From Treponema sp. (GTDB taxonomy: Bacteria > Spirochaetota > Spirochaetia > Treponematales > Breznakiellaceae): DNA of 64,000 bases. Of the stretch, positions 24,339 to 32,413 are shown one piece after another (positions within the stretch are counted from its first letter, which is position 1; each line of letters starts with the position of its first letter). The translations under genes were made by a program, and so were the position numbers. The stretch is from positions 1,464-65,463 of the forward strand of contig JAITIK010000005.1 in the NCBI GenBank assembly GCA_031279555.1. The letters run 5' to 3'. Under the pieces are notes generated by a model that had not been told where the DNA came from, did not search any database, and saw nothing but the letters and a program-made list of their open reading frames with translations.

Positions 24339-26923
24339 TTCGCTTTTCTCCTATTTTTTGTCCCCGCCTTAAACCGCTTGAGCCGCAAGGCGTTGGTCAG
24401 CACCGACACCGAAGAAAGGCTCATGGCGGCGGCGGCGAAAATCGGGTTTAAGAGAGGGCCGCCGAAAAGGTACAGTACGCCAGCGGCGATGGGGATGCCC
24501 AAAGTGTTGTAGCCAAAAGCCCAGAACAGATTTTGCTTGATGGTGCGGATCGTCCGTTTGCTCAAATTGATGGCGGTTGGAACATCCATCAAATCGCTCC
24601 TCATCAGCACGATGTCCGCGGACTCCATAGCCACATCCGTACCGCTGCCAATGGCGATGCCTATATCCGCCTGGACAAGCGCCGGAGCGTCATTGATGCC
24701 GTCTCCCACCATAGCTACAAACCGCCGCTGACGCTTTTCTCCACGCGCAGACTCTGCCGATTCCTGCAACTTTTTCACCTCATTAGATTTGTCCTGGGGC
24801 AACACTTCGGACAACGCCCGGTCAATTCCCACCTGTTTGGCGATGGCCGCAGCGGTCTTTCTGTTGTCTCCTGTTATCATGACAACCTCAATCCCCATCT
24901 TGTGAAGGCTTTCGACAGCCGCTTTGCTGGAAGGCTTCACCACATCAGCGACCGCCACGATCCCCGCGATTTTTCCGTCCAAAGCCGCGTACATCGGAGT
25001 TTTCCCTTCCGCCGCCAGCCGGTCGGCGCCGGCTTCCAGTTCCCCAAGTGCGACACCTCGCTCGTCCATGAGCTTTTTATTCCCCGCCAAAATGCGGCGC
25101 GGACGGTGTAATTTGGCCGCATCATTGCCATCAATGACAACCCCATCAATCCCCGCTTCAATGCCTCTGCCGGTGAGAGCCTCAAAATGGGACGCCGCAA
25201 AAAGCTCCAGCCCCCGCTCTTCCGCTCCTTGTACAATCGCCTGACCCAGCGGGTGTTCCGACCCCTTCTCGGCGGAAGCGATGACTCGCAGGAGGAAATC
25301 CGGTTCAACGCCGGGCGCGGCGACAACATCCGTTACTGTGGGCTTCCCTTCGGTGATGGTTCCGGTTTTGTCAAACACAATAATCTGCGCCTTGTGAGCC
25401 GTTTCCAAGGCTTCCCCGCTTTTAATCAAGATGCCGTTTTCCGCGCCTTTTCCGGTTCCCACCATGATCGCCGTAGGTGTAGCCAACCCGAGCGCGCAGG
25501 GGCAGGCGATGACCAGCACTGATATGAACATGGTGAGGGCAAACTCCAACGCCGATTTCCCTGGAGGCAGAGCGGCAAATCCGGCGGAAGCCGCCGCGAA
25601 CCACGCGACGCCCGCAAGCGCCGCGATCACACACACAATCGGCACAAAATAACCGGCCACAATATCCGCCATCTGGGCAATCGGCGCTTTGGAACCCTGG
25701 GCGTCCTCCACCAGCTTGATAATCTGCGCCAGCGCGGTGTCGCTTCCGATCTTCTCCGCTTTAAATCGAATGACGCCGTTACTGTTAATCGTCGCCGCGT
25801 ACACGCTGTCCCCGGCTTTCTTGTCCACTGGCATACTCTCCCCGGTGAGCATGGATTCGTCTATAGCCGTCCGCCCTTCAACAACCACCCCGTCAACCGG
25901 TATCTTTGTCCCGGGCCTCGCCACAATAATATCGCCGGGAATCACTTCGTCAATGGGGATTTCCTTTTCCACTCCATGTTCAATAATGATCGCGGTCTTT
26001 GGCGCAAGCCCCATGAGTTTTTTAATCGCTTCGCTGGTTCTGCCCTTGGACACCGCCTCAAGGGACTTGCCCAAAAGGATAAGGGCGATGATAACCCCGG
26101 CGGTCTCGAAATACAGCGCGTCCACCGCCTTGAAATTTCCCTGGGCTATCTGCCACACATTGTAGAGGCTGTAAGCCGCCGCCGCCGTGGTTCCAATGGC
26201 GATAAGGGAATCCATGTTGGGGCTGCGGCGCAACAGATTTTTGAAGCCTACGGTATAAAACCGATACCCAGCAATGATGATCGGAGCAACCAGAAGCAGT
26301 TCCACCAGGGCGTAGATCAACGGGAAATTCATCGGAGCCAACGCCTTGGGGAACGGAAGGGCGACCCATGTAATCATGGGAACCATAGCGATATACAGCA
26401 GGGGAAGCCCAAAACTTGCCGCTATGATGAACTTGGTCCACAGGATGCGGATTTCCCGCTCCTTCCGCAGCTTGTCTTCATCCGCCGCGCTTTCTTTGGA
26501 AAAATCCAGCGCCTTGTATCCGGCTTTTTCAATCGCGTCTTTAATAACGGCGATTCTTATTGTCTGGGGATTGTAGATCACCGCGGCTTTTTCTGTGGCA
26601 AGATTCACCGAGACGCTTTCCACCCCTTCCAGTTTTCGGATCGCCTTTTCCACTCGCGCAGAACAGGCCGCGCAGGTCATGCCGCCTATGGGAATGGAAA
26701 CGGCGGTTCCTTTTGGCTTGTCCAGAACTTCGTATCCGATATTAATCACCGCATCTTTAATGCCGGCAAGCGTTTGCGTATCCGCATATTCCACAAACAG
26801 CTTTTCACTGGCAAGGTTCACCACGGCGGCGCTCACCCCGTCCAGCTTCCCCACTGTTTTTTCGATCCGCCCGGCGCACGCCGCGCAGGTCATGCCGCCT
26901 ATGCTTAATGTCGCGTTTTGCAT
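24335..26923 (-). CDS. copA: Copper-translocating P1B-type ATPase with two N-terminal HMA domains
   Basis: [13 protein letters not shown] and [13 protein letters not shown] (2x HMA), CPC ([11 protein letters not shown]), DKTGT ([10 protein letters not shown]) and [13 protein letters not shown] 26923 follows AAGGAG. Confidence 0.95.
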   Translation of the reverse strand: MQNATLSIGGMTCAACAGRIEKTVGKLDGVSAAVVNLASEKLFVEYADTQTLAGIKDAVINIGYEVLDKPKGTAVSIPIGGMTCAACSARVEKAIRKLEGVESVSVNLATEKAAVIYNPQTIRIAVIKDAIEKAGYKALDFSKESAADEDKLRKEREIRILWTKFIIAASFGLPLLYIAMVPMITWVALPFPKALAPMNFPLIYALVELLLVAPIIIAGYRFYTVGFKNLLRRSPNMDSLIAIGTTAAAAYSLYNVWQIAQGNFKAVDALYFETAGVIIALILLGKSLEAVSKGRTSEAIKKLMGLAPKTAIIIEHGVEKEIPIDEVIPGDIIVARPGTKIPVDGVVVEGRTAIDESMLTGESMPVDKKAGDSVYAATINSNGVIRFKAEKIGSDTALAQIIKLVEDAQGSKAPIAQMADIVAGYFVPIVCVIAALAGVAWFAAASAGFAALPPGKSALEFALTMFISVLVIACPCALGLATPTAIMVGTGKGAENGILIKSGEALETAHKAQIIVFDKTGTITEGKPTVTDVVAAPGVEPDFLLRVIASAEKGSEHPLGQAIVQGAEERGLELFAASHFEALTGRGIEAGIDGVVIDGNDAAKLHRPRRILAGNKKLMDERGVALGELEAGADRLAAEGKTPMYAALDGKIAGIVAVADVVKPSSKAAVESLHKMGIEVVMITGDNRKTAAAIAKQVGIDRALSEVLPQDKSNEVKKLQESAESARGEKRQRRFVAMVGDGINDAPALVQADIGIAIGSGTDVAMESADIVLMRSDLMDVPTAINLSKRTIRTIKQNLFWAFGYNTLGIPIAAGVLYLFGGPLLNPIFAAAAMSLSSVSVLTNALRLKRFKAGTKNRRKAK

Positions 26924-27014
26924 GTCATGCTCCTTTATTAACATGATTTAACATGATTTCGACAGGTATGTATTCCGCCCCTCCTCCACGGCTCGCGGCG
27001 TCCAATCCCACCAA

Positions 27015-27080
27015 TTCAGGTTTCTAATATTTCAAACAACCCTGTTCAGGTTTGTAATAAGGTTGTTCAAGTTTCTAACA
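27015..27080. repeat. Three direct repeats TTCA(G/A)GTTT(C/G)TAA(T/C)A between the DUF2318-like gene and copA
   Basis: The copies start at 27015, 27045 and 27066, giving spacings of 30 and 21 bp. AACAACCCT also occurs twice. Confidence 0.6.
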
Positions 27081-27115
27081 ACCCTACTATTGCGGCGCGG
27101 TTGATTTTGAAAAGA

Positions 27116-27601
27116 TCAACCGCGCCGCCACCGGGCGAAAATTCTTTTCGCCTCATTGAGAAATTCCTTTGAAATAGTGATGGTGGTTCCTGTCACCGTC
27201 TTGTTCGCCGGAAATATCGGCACAGGGTTGCAGCCCCCGGATCGCACTTCCACTTGGCTCATGCGGAATCGGTTCCCGCAGTTCTGACAGACCAGTACCG
27301 TCCCCTGCTGCTTATAGAACCCCCGCCCCGAACTGTAACACACCTGGCACGTATTAAAAGCCGTCCTGATTGTGCCGTCCGGCGCCTTTACCGCCAGCGC
27401 TTCAAGCCGGGTTCCTCCAATGTCAACCGGATAGAAAACGGCGTTTTCCGTAACCTCCGCAATCTGGATGACCAAATCACGGTCGGCGATTGCGGGCTTC
27501 ACCACATTCAATTGTCCGCTCTGGGCGAACGCAAAAGACGCCGAAACAACCATAACCGCCGCAAAGATCAAAGCTTTGCCGTTGTTGCCATAGCTTTTCA
27601 T
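27116..27601 (-). CDS. Secreted Cys4 (CxxC...CxxC) protein, DUF2318-like
   Basis: Signal peptide, then AFNTCQVCYSSGRGFYKQQGTVLVCQNCGNRF (zinc-ribbon-like). The family assignment is from memory. Confidence 0.6.
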   Translation of the reverse strand: MKSYGNNGKALIFAAVMVVSASFAFAQSGQLNVVKPAIADRDLVIQIAEVTENAVFYPVDIGGTRLEALAVKAPDGTIRTAFNTCQVCYSSGRGFYKQQGTVLVCQNCGNRFRMSQVEVRSGGCNPVPIFPANKTVTGTTITISKEFLNEAKRIFARWRRG

Positions 27602-28021
27602 TTTCTACACTCCTAACGTTATATTTTAAGCGGATAATCCGCCGGACGCCCCGGTATCCGCTGTCTCCCTTTAGACCGCCATAGGCGCGGCGCCCATGGC
27701 GCTTACACTTCAATGTCGCGGTTTCCTCGCTGCCCGCAACAATCGGGCAGTCTGCCTTTGGGCTTTGAGAAACTTTTTTGCGAACAGCAAAATCACCACA
27801 ATAACAGCGACAACAACAGCGACAACATTTTCCATGCCATCCTCTTTACAATTATATGTCTCTCACTCATCGTCATGTTTCTTTCTCCTCCCTTGCACAA
27901 GCATGACAAGTACAATCGCAACAACCGGAACGATACAATGCCAATGGCGTAACAACAATTCCACTGTTTTCCTCTTATCTTCTCGCGCCTTAAAAACGCA
28001 TCCAGCGGAGCCGCCGCCGCA

Positions 28022-29884
28022 TCAACCCCCGCCCCGCTCCGCCGCATCAAAATAAGCGTCCGGGTACAGCAGCGTTTCAAATTCAGACGCTTCCGCTTTT
28101 ATAGCCTCAATATCCGCCTGTTCAAGATCGTCAACCACTTTCACATATCCGTAGAACACATTGTCCCCGGTTGAAAAATCAAAATCGTCGGCAGGCAGGA
28201 ATTGGACGACATTCTCCCCCCGCTTCATATCAAGCCGCGAGTAATAGGCGGGAAAAATCAGGAGGTTATTTCCAGGATCACGGGAATCATTGTTGATGAT
28301 CCAACGCGCCGGAATATTCCGTTGAACGACGACAACCGCAGGATCAATGCCGTCGTCGCGGAGGTTTATCTTCACCACCTGATAACCCTCGTCCTGCATT
28401 TCTGCCAGAGCGACCGTTTCAGCCGGTATCGTCACTCCCGCCGGAGAGACAGTAACAGCAGGCTTCTCACCACCCGCCACGCTTTGTCCTTCCTCCACCA
28501 CCGTAATGGAACTGCGGATCATGCCCATCCAGCAGGAATAGTAAAAGACGCCCGCCTTGTCAGGGGTGAACTCAATGACGTTCTCCCCGGTCGTGAAGCG
28601 GTATTCAATCTTGTATTCCCGGATGATCATGCGGTTGTTGCAACCATTAACGCTCCCTTGGGGCGCGTTAATGGTCCATTTGACCGGAATACCTTGCTGC
28701 ACCGTGATCGCCGGATACCGCCCTCCGCTCAAGGTGGAGTTGACAATCTGGACGCCGTTTTCAATCACGGGCGTGAAGGTTTCTCCTCCTGCTCTGGTCG
28801 CGTTTGAAGAGAAGGGAGCGACTGCGGCGGCCTTGCCAACAAAGTCAAAACTGAATCCCGAAAGACTCCATCCGTAGGTGAACATGGTCATTCCCATCAC
28901 CGTCACCAGAATCGCTCCAATGCGCATCACCCTATGGACAAACGGCCGTCCTCTGGACGCATCGCTTAAAACGCCGCTCAAGGCGCCCACGCCGAACATG
29001 AGGGGAACCGTGCCAACGCTGAAGAGGAGCATTGAGACGCCGCCGGCAATGGGGCCGCCCGTTGACAGGGCGTACAGTTGCATGGCTTGCAGGGGCCCGC
29101 AGGGCATGAGTCCGTTAAGTATCCCGATGATCAGAGGGCTTTTGCCGCCGCTTTTTTGCTCATCTATTTTCCGGACGAATATGTTCGGCATACGCGCGTT
29201 GAAGCGGCGCAGAGCGGGAAAAAAGCCGAACATGTTGATCCCCATGATCACCATAAAGATACCGGCGATAAGCTGAACCGCTCCCTGAAACCGCCCGGAT
29301 ACGGTGAACGCCTGCCCCGCGGCGCCAGCAATAACCCCAACCGTGGTATAGGAAACCACCCGGCCCGCATTGTAGAGGATGGCGGGATACAACGCTTTCC
29401 AACGCCCCCCCTCTCGCGCCGCATTCAGCGGCGGCGCTGCCGGAATACACTGGGAAAGATTTATTCCCCCGCACATGACCACGCAATGAACCGAAGTGAC
29501 AAGGCCGATGACAAACAGCATCCCATATTCCATGCCCGCCTCTGCCAGCGGGAAAGCCGAAGTCAGGGCGCCGACTCCCAATCCCCGCAACAACAGATAC
29601 AGCGAAAGGACAATTACCAGCGTCCCGATAATTTCAGATGCCGGCGGCGCGGCGGCCGTCCGCGCCGCCGCATGTTCGTCCGCCACCGTGTAGCCTAATC
29701 GCTCAATAGCCGCCTTGATCTCATGAAAGGCAATGGCCGAGTCGTTCCATGTGACGGTCGCGGTTCCGCGGTTAAAACTGACAGCGGCGTTCTCTATCCC
29801 CGCGGCGCTTTTCAATTTCTTTTCAATCCGGTTTTGGCAATTGACGCAGGTCATGCCGCCAATGCGAATTGTCTCAGTTTTCAT
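28022..29884 (-). CDS. Fusion protein: HMA metal-binding domain + DsbD_2/TauE-like polytopic membrane domain + two cupredoxin-like domains
   Basis: ATG 29884 after AGGAG gives MKTETIRIGGMTCVNCQNRIEKKLK (HMA). The membrane core contains HCVVMCGGINLSQC and LMPCGPLQAM. The C-terminus has YYSCWMGMIRSSITVV (cupredoxin-like) plus a second beta-sandwich-like repeat. The 102 codons upstream in the track ORF are rejected. Confidence 0.8.
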   Translation of the reverse strand: MKTETIRIGGMTCVNCQNRIEKKLKSAAGIENAAVSFNRGTATVTWNDSAIAFHEIKAAIERLGYTVADEHAAARTAAAPPASEIIGTLVIVLSLYLLLRGLGVGALTSAFPLAEAGMEYGMLFVIGLVTSVHCVVMCGGINLSQCIPAAPPLNAAREGGRWKALYPAILYNAGRVVSYTTVGVIAGAAGQAFTVSGRFQGAVQLIAGIFMVIMGINMFGFFPALRRFNARMPNIFVRKIDEQKSGGKSPLIIGILNGLMPCGPLQAMQLYALSTGGPIAGGVSMLLFSVGTVPLMFGVGALSGVLSDASRGRPFVHRVMRIGAILVTVMGMTMFTYGWSLSGFSFDFVGKAAAVAPFSSNATRAGGETFTPVIENGVQIVNSTLSGGRYPAITVQQGIPVKWTINAPQGSVNGCNNRMIIREYKIEYRFTTGENVIEFTPDKAGVFYYSCWMGMIRSSITVVEEGQSVAGGEKPAVTVSPAGVTIPAETVALAEMQDEGYQVVKINLRDDGIDPAVVVVQRNIPARWIINNDSRDPGNNLLIFPAYYSRLDMKRGENVVQFLPADDFDFSTGDNVFYGYVKVVDDLEQADIEAIKAEASEFETLLYPDAYFDAAERGGG

Positions 29885-29993
29885 TATACGATAACTCCTA
29901 CCAATACATACCATCCGCCGCAGACACGTTGCAAGCGGCGCCATAGGCGGACGTTTGTAGTGGATTGCAATCCTCTTTACATTCATACTATAC

Positions 29994-30018
29994 CAGATAA
30001 TTGTGTCAAAATTATGAA
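29994..30018 (-). promoter_or_regulatory. Candidate -35 (TTGACA) abutted by an 8-3-8 palindrome AATTATGA-TAT-TCATAATT upstream of the metal operon
   Basis: The minus strand reads AATTATGATATTCATAATTTTGACA. A weak -10 (TATGAA/ATGAAT) lies 16-17 nt downstream, about 95 nt before the start codon. Confidence 0.35.
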
Positions 30019-30261
30019 TATCATAATTTTTTTCCCTTGCGTTCTTATATTCAACACCCATCTTTTTAATGCGGTTATGCGGCGGCGCAAGGCGGCGTTT
30101 TCCCCTGAATGTCTTCCTAAACCATGCTATATTACTTTTATATGAGGCATTTGCCAACGATTGACAGTAAAAAACAAGCGCGTATTCCAATATAGCTCCT
30201 CAACACGAAAATTTGAAAATTAACGGCATAATTGTGGCCATTGATAGTGATTCCCCCTCCG

Positions 30262-30700
30262 GGTGATGGCGATTAACTCGTTCAAAGACCGGCTTTCCAT
30301 CTATCAAACCCCCTTTCGGAGTCCCCAAGAAATGGAATGTCTCCAACTACGGGATAGTTCTCGTGGACGGCGATTTTCTGGGGCGCTTCAAAAACAGCTT
30401 CATCGCCGTGGCCATTTCCCTTGTCATTCTTCTTATCGCCGGGTCTCTGGCAGGGGACGCTCTGGCGTACTGGCGGGTAAAATTTCCCGCGCTTCGCACT
30501 TTTTTTGTATCGCCAGCATGATGCTGCCCATCAAAATCGCATCAATACGCCTTTTGGAATTGATTAAAACGCTATGATTGCTCAACACGATCTGGGAGCT
30601 TGTCTGCCGGCCATTCTGGTTATCGCGCTCTATCTCCCGGCAAGCGGTTCATCAAGGGCTTGCCGCCGGCGCCGTGAAGGATAAGGTGGGGGCTTTATGT
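30262..30700 (+). pseudogene. Carbohydrate ABC-transporter permease remnant (truncated, internal stop and frameshifts)
   Basis: One frame reads ..WNVSNYGIVLVDGDFLGRFKNSFIAVAISLVILLIAGSLAGDALAYWRVKFPALRTFF. The next frame reads MMLPIKIASIRLLELIKTL*LLNTIWELV... These match the conserved core of MalG/UgpE-type permeases, but there is no N-terminus and the C-terminus is broken. Confidence 0.55.
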
Positions 30701-30744
30701 GATAGAAAACGCCCCCCGCCCGCTTATAGCGGGCAAACCGGCGG

Positions 30745-31455
30745 CTACCATTCGCGGGGGTGATACTTGTCCTTAGGCTCGGTAATCTTGAATGTCTCCC
30801 CGGACGGCTCGACCACATAAAACCCTTGTTTCAAGGCGTACGTCTTTTCGCTTTCGTTGAAAACCACCCCAGCCACGGCTCCCAGGTATATGCGCCTGTC
30901 GCCGTGCATGTCCGCGTATGTACGCAGCTTTTCCATGCGCTTTATATGGTCATTTACATCGTCAATATTCGGCTTGGTTTTGATCTCAACGGCCATCACC
31001 TTATCGCCGTTTTCCAGCAAAGCGTCGACTTCCGTGAATATGCCGTGTTTCTTGTCCTTGATTTCGGTGCGATTCGCTTTGGTGAAAGTGAAGCCCAACT
31101 CCTCAAATTTCGCCACGAGGTTCGGCATGACCATATATTCAACCATATCGCCGAAGCGGTTGACTAGTTCCCCAAAGCGCTTGTCGGTCGCCTTCATCTG
31201 CTTTTCGGTTTCCTTCTGACTCTCCCTCAGTTCTTTAAGCCCTTGGGCGTTTTCCCTCTGACTCTCCCTCAGTTCTTTAAACCCTTGGGCGTTTTCCCTC
31301 TGACTCTCCCTCAATTCTTTAAACCCTTGGGCGTTTTCCCTCTGACTCTCCCTCAGTTCTTTAAACCCTTGGGCGTTTTCCCTGATTATCGCCCAAATCT
31401 CGTCAGCGACGACTCTCCACTCCGGCGTCGTTTGCTCCGCTTGCCTTGCCTCCAT
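30745..31455 (-). CDS. PD-(D/E)XK nuclease-fold protein with N-terminal repeat-containing coiled coil (DUF3782-like)
   Basis: 236 aa. ENAQGFKELRESQR occurs four times in tandem. The C-terminal part reads GIFTEVDALLENGDKVMAVEIKTK (a D...ExK nuclease motif). Confidence 0.7.
   Translation of the reverse strand: MEARQAEQTTPEWRVVADEIWAIIRENAQGFKELRESQRENAQGFKELRESQRENAQGFKELRESQRENAQGLKELRESQKETEKQMKATDKRFGELVNRFGDMVEYMVMPNLVAKFEELGFTFTKANRTEIKDKKHGIFTEVDALLENGDKVMAVEIKTKPNIDDVNDHIKRMEKLRTYADMHGDRRIYLGAVAGVVFNESEKTYALKQGFYVVEPSGETFKITEPKDKYHPREW
31216..31383. repeat. Four tandem 42-bp in-frame repeats inside the PD-(D/E)XK gene
   Basis: The unit is CTGACTCTCCCTCAGTTCTTTAA(G/A)CCCTTGGGCGTTTTCCCT, at 31216, 31258, 31300 and 31342, with 1-2 substitutions between copies. 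Confidence 0.9.
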
Positions 31456-31591
31456 ATTTGACTCCTTTTATAAAATATACCGCTTTTTAGGCCATTTAGA
31501 AAGTATCCGGAAGATAAAAACTCAGTGTTTCAGCATATTTCAGGATCACCCGCACATGCTCCGCAACGGTCACAATATCCCATCCATATTA

Positions 31592-31641
31592 GAGGCTGTT
31601 CCAGAACGCGCCCTATAAAGCGGCAAATTTTGAAAAGCTTC
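31592..31641. repeat. Hairpin repeat family, copy 7 (degenerate)
   Basis: GAGGCTGTTCCAGAACGCGCCCTATAAAGCGGCAAATTTTGAAAAGCTTC. Confidence 0.6.
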
Positions 31642-31696
31642 AAGTTAGATCATATAGCTCACAATTCTTTCATAATTCTATGATATACTGACAGCT

Positions 31697-32413
31697 ATGA
31701 AACGCAAACAGACCGCGCTTGTTGTGGATGATGAAGAAAAAATACTTGGACTCGTAAAGTCCTACCTTGAAGCAAACGGCTATACAGCCCTCTGCGCCAA
31801 AAGCGGCAGGGAAGGCATGGATATTTTTGAAAAAAACGCCGTTTCTCTGATACTCCTTGACCTTATGCTCCCTGACGTCTCCGGCGAGGAGTTTTGCCGT
31901 AAAATACGGGAGACGTCAAACATTCCCATCATCATGGTCACCGCCAAAGTTGAGGAAGCTGACATCATCCGGGGACTCAAGATAGGCGCGGACGATTATG
32001 TGACAAAACCATTCAGCCCCCGCCAACTCATGGCGCGGGTGGGCGCCGCCTTGCGGAGAGCCGGGGATGCCGCGAATTCGCTTGAAAGCCCGCAGACTAA
32101 GCCGCGCCAGTTTTTACAGCACCGCGACCTCATCATTGACACGGATCGACGGAGCGTCACCTGCAACGGAAAAACAATCGCCCTCACCCGCGACGAATAC
32201 AACATACTCGCCCTCTTAATGTCCCGGCAATCTAAAATCTTCACCCGCGATGAAATTCTTGAATCCGTAAAAGGGGACGATTATGACGCATTCGACCGCA
32301 TCATTGATGCGCACATAAAAAAGATCCGCGCAAAAATTGGAGACGATTCAAAATCCCCAAAATATATCGCCACCATATACGGCATGGGCTACCGCATCGG
32401 AGGAACTCAATGA
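31697..32413 (+). CDS. OmpR/PhoB-family response regulator
   Basis: The receiver domain reads ALVVDDEEKIL..LILLDLMLPDVSG..MVTAK. The C-terminal winged-helix part reads LTRDEYNILALL..GMGYRI. Confidence 0.9.
   Translation: MKRKQTALVVDDEEKILGLVKSYLEANGYTALCAKSGREGMDIFEKNAVSLILLDLMLPDVSGEEFCRKIRETSNIPIIMVTAKVEEADIIRGLKIGADDYVTKPFSPRQLMARVGAALRRAGDAANSLESPQTKPRQFLQHRDLIIDTDRRSVTCNGKTIALTRDEYNILALLMSRQSKIFTRDEILESVKGDDYDAFDRIIDAHIKKIRAKIGDDSKSPKYIATIYGMGYRIGGTQ

Noticed and set aside
25976-26908. 310-aa plus-strand ORF and several 100-190-aa ORFs opposite copA
   Set aside because: These are shadow ORFs of copA. Similar shadows were rejected at 28202-29698 (opposite the HMA fusion gene), 43097-44056 (opposite fliI), and 44474-45118 and 45824-46567 (opposite metE).
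27696-28055. 119-aa plus-strand ORF and 95-aa minus-strand ORF (27793-28080) in the metal-operon spacer
   Set aside because: Both have low-complexity translations (runs of T/A or L/S codons) and no RBS. They overlap the more plausible tiny single-helix ORFs, which are reported as a finding rather than as features.
29885-30190. 102-codon N-terminal extension of the HMA fusion gene in the track ORF (28022..30190)
   Set aside because: The extension is AT-rich with an odd composition. It would bury the candidate promoter and palindrome, and the internal ATG 29884 has an AGGAG RBS and begins exactly at the HMA domain.
31216-31383. Regular 42-bp repeats considered as a possible CRISPR-like array
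   Set aside because: The repeats are directly tandem with no spacers. They are in frame within a well-formed ORF and encode a 14-aa coiled-coil unit. The dispersed hairpin repeats are also not CRISPR, since their spacing is irregular over tens of kb, they occur in both orientations, and no cas genes are present.
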